64,000 bases of DNA from Candidatus Poribacteria bacterium (GTDB lineage: Bacteria; Poribacteria; WGA-4E; WGA-3G), in the NCBI GenBank assembly GCA_965205025.1, contig CBDBFU010000015.1, positions 128,001 to 192,000 on the forward strand. The letters run 5' to 3'. Position numbers and translations under genes: made by a program. Shown here piece by piece: positions 63,225 to 64,000 of this stretch. The notes beneath the pieces are model-generated. The model was given only the letters and a program-made list of their open reading frames with translations. It had not been told where the DNA came from and did no database searches. Position 1 is the stretch's first letter; every line of letters starts with the position of its first letter.

Positions 63225-64000
63225 TTAAACAGCAATACCAATCTCTTCACGCCAAGTATCCAACAGCTGCATATTTCCTAATGTATCATCCCATGACATT
63301 GCGGGTGCTTGACGATCCGCTATATGATTAGCGACCATATCGGCTTCATAAGTAAACAGATCACGATCCACTTCAACGGTTATTTCGGTTGGTTCACCAC
63401 GTTGAGATGAGTTAAGGACAATTGTACTTGGTGGGAAAAGTGTGTCTAAGGGGAGCGGACTTCTCGTACCTCTACATGGTGAAGAAGGAAGCCAAGGTTG
63501 AGGAATATCTATTGTACCCCCGGATCCGTAAACAGTTGCTCTACTTCCTATATTACACTCAACAGCAGTTGCTATTTCTGCGACGATTTCGTTTTCAAAT
63601 TTTAGGGTTGCAGCGGCAATATGGTCAACTCCCGTTGGTCCTACTTTTCCATGTGCTTTGACAGAAATTGGATTCAAAAAGGGTTTGTTTTCTGCTGCAC
63701 CTGCAACCTTACGTGCAAAAGAGGCAGCATAACATCCTACATCAAGGATACCTCCACCACCCATTTCACGATTGAAGAGTCTACCTTCAGGATTAAAGCC
63801 TGCTTGAAAACCGAAGGATGAACGAATAAACAGTACTTCACCGATTTCTCCCTCCTGTATCAACTCTACCATTCGCTGGATTTGTGGGTGACACCGATAC
63901 ATAAATGCTTCCATTAAGAACACATCATTTTTTCGGGCTGCTTCAACCATCGTTGCAGCAGTTGCATGGTTTACACTAATTGGTTTCTCAACCAGAACGT
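63225..64000 (-). CDS. Gfo/Idh/MocA oxidoreductase (5' end outside window)
   Basis: VLVEKP, EAFMYRCHP, GGG.ILDVGCY. Confidence 0.9.
   Translation of the reverse strand, partial: VLVEKPISVNHATAATMVEAARKNDVFLMEAFMYRCHPQIQRMVELIQEGEIGEVLFIRSSFGFQAGFNPEGRLFNREMGGGGILDVGCYAASFARKVAGAAENKPFLNPISVKAHGKVGPTGVDHIAAATLKFENEIVAEIATAVECNIGSRATVYGSGGTIDIPQPWLPSSPCRGTRSPLPLDTLFPPSTIVLNSSQRGEPTEITVEVDRDLFTYEADMVANHIADRQAPAMSWDDTLGNMQLLDTWREEIGIAV

Overview
AT-rich bacterial chromosomal window. Its protein families (LamG proteins ending in a ...K(I/L)STTW..LK motif, internalin-like LRR/cohesin/dockerin-like/FlgD-Ig giants, FRG-TPR, trypsin-TPR, DUF6785-type transporter) resemble Candidatus Poribacteria; this taxonomic call is inference. 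Positions 0.4-16 kb form an accessory island: an unannotated 48-aa Gly/Lys peptide gene, a gene split by an IS4/IS701-like element, FRG-TPR, an array of trypsin-TPR paralogs (one catalytically dead, one remnant) interleaved with small cargo genes, a lone Mrr_N domain, a structured RNA leader and a chimeric HicB/ParE-like TA pair. A 1.3 kb non-coding block with a promoter and repeated boxes follows. Positions 17.5-53 kb hold mostly metabolic and surface genes, including a Rad50/SbcC-like ATPase, a cytochrome c-copper monooxygenase fusion and a 2155-aa surface protein. Positions 53-62 kb hold a second tandem array of double-trypsin/48-aa-TPR lipoproteins and a GT-C gene split by IS630. Several genes are broken by 1-2 nt indels in homopolymers, possibly assembly errors. 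GTAG-type REP/MITE repeats are common. No rRNA, tRNA or CRISPR array was recognised. All calls come from reading the sequence; no database search was run.
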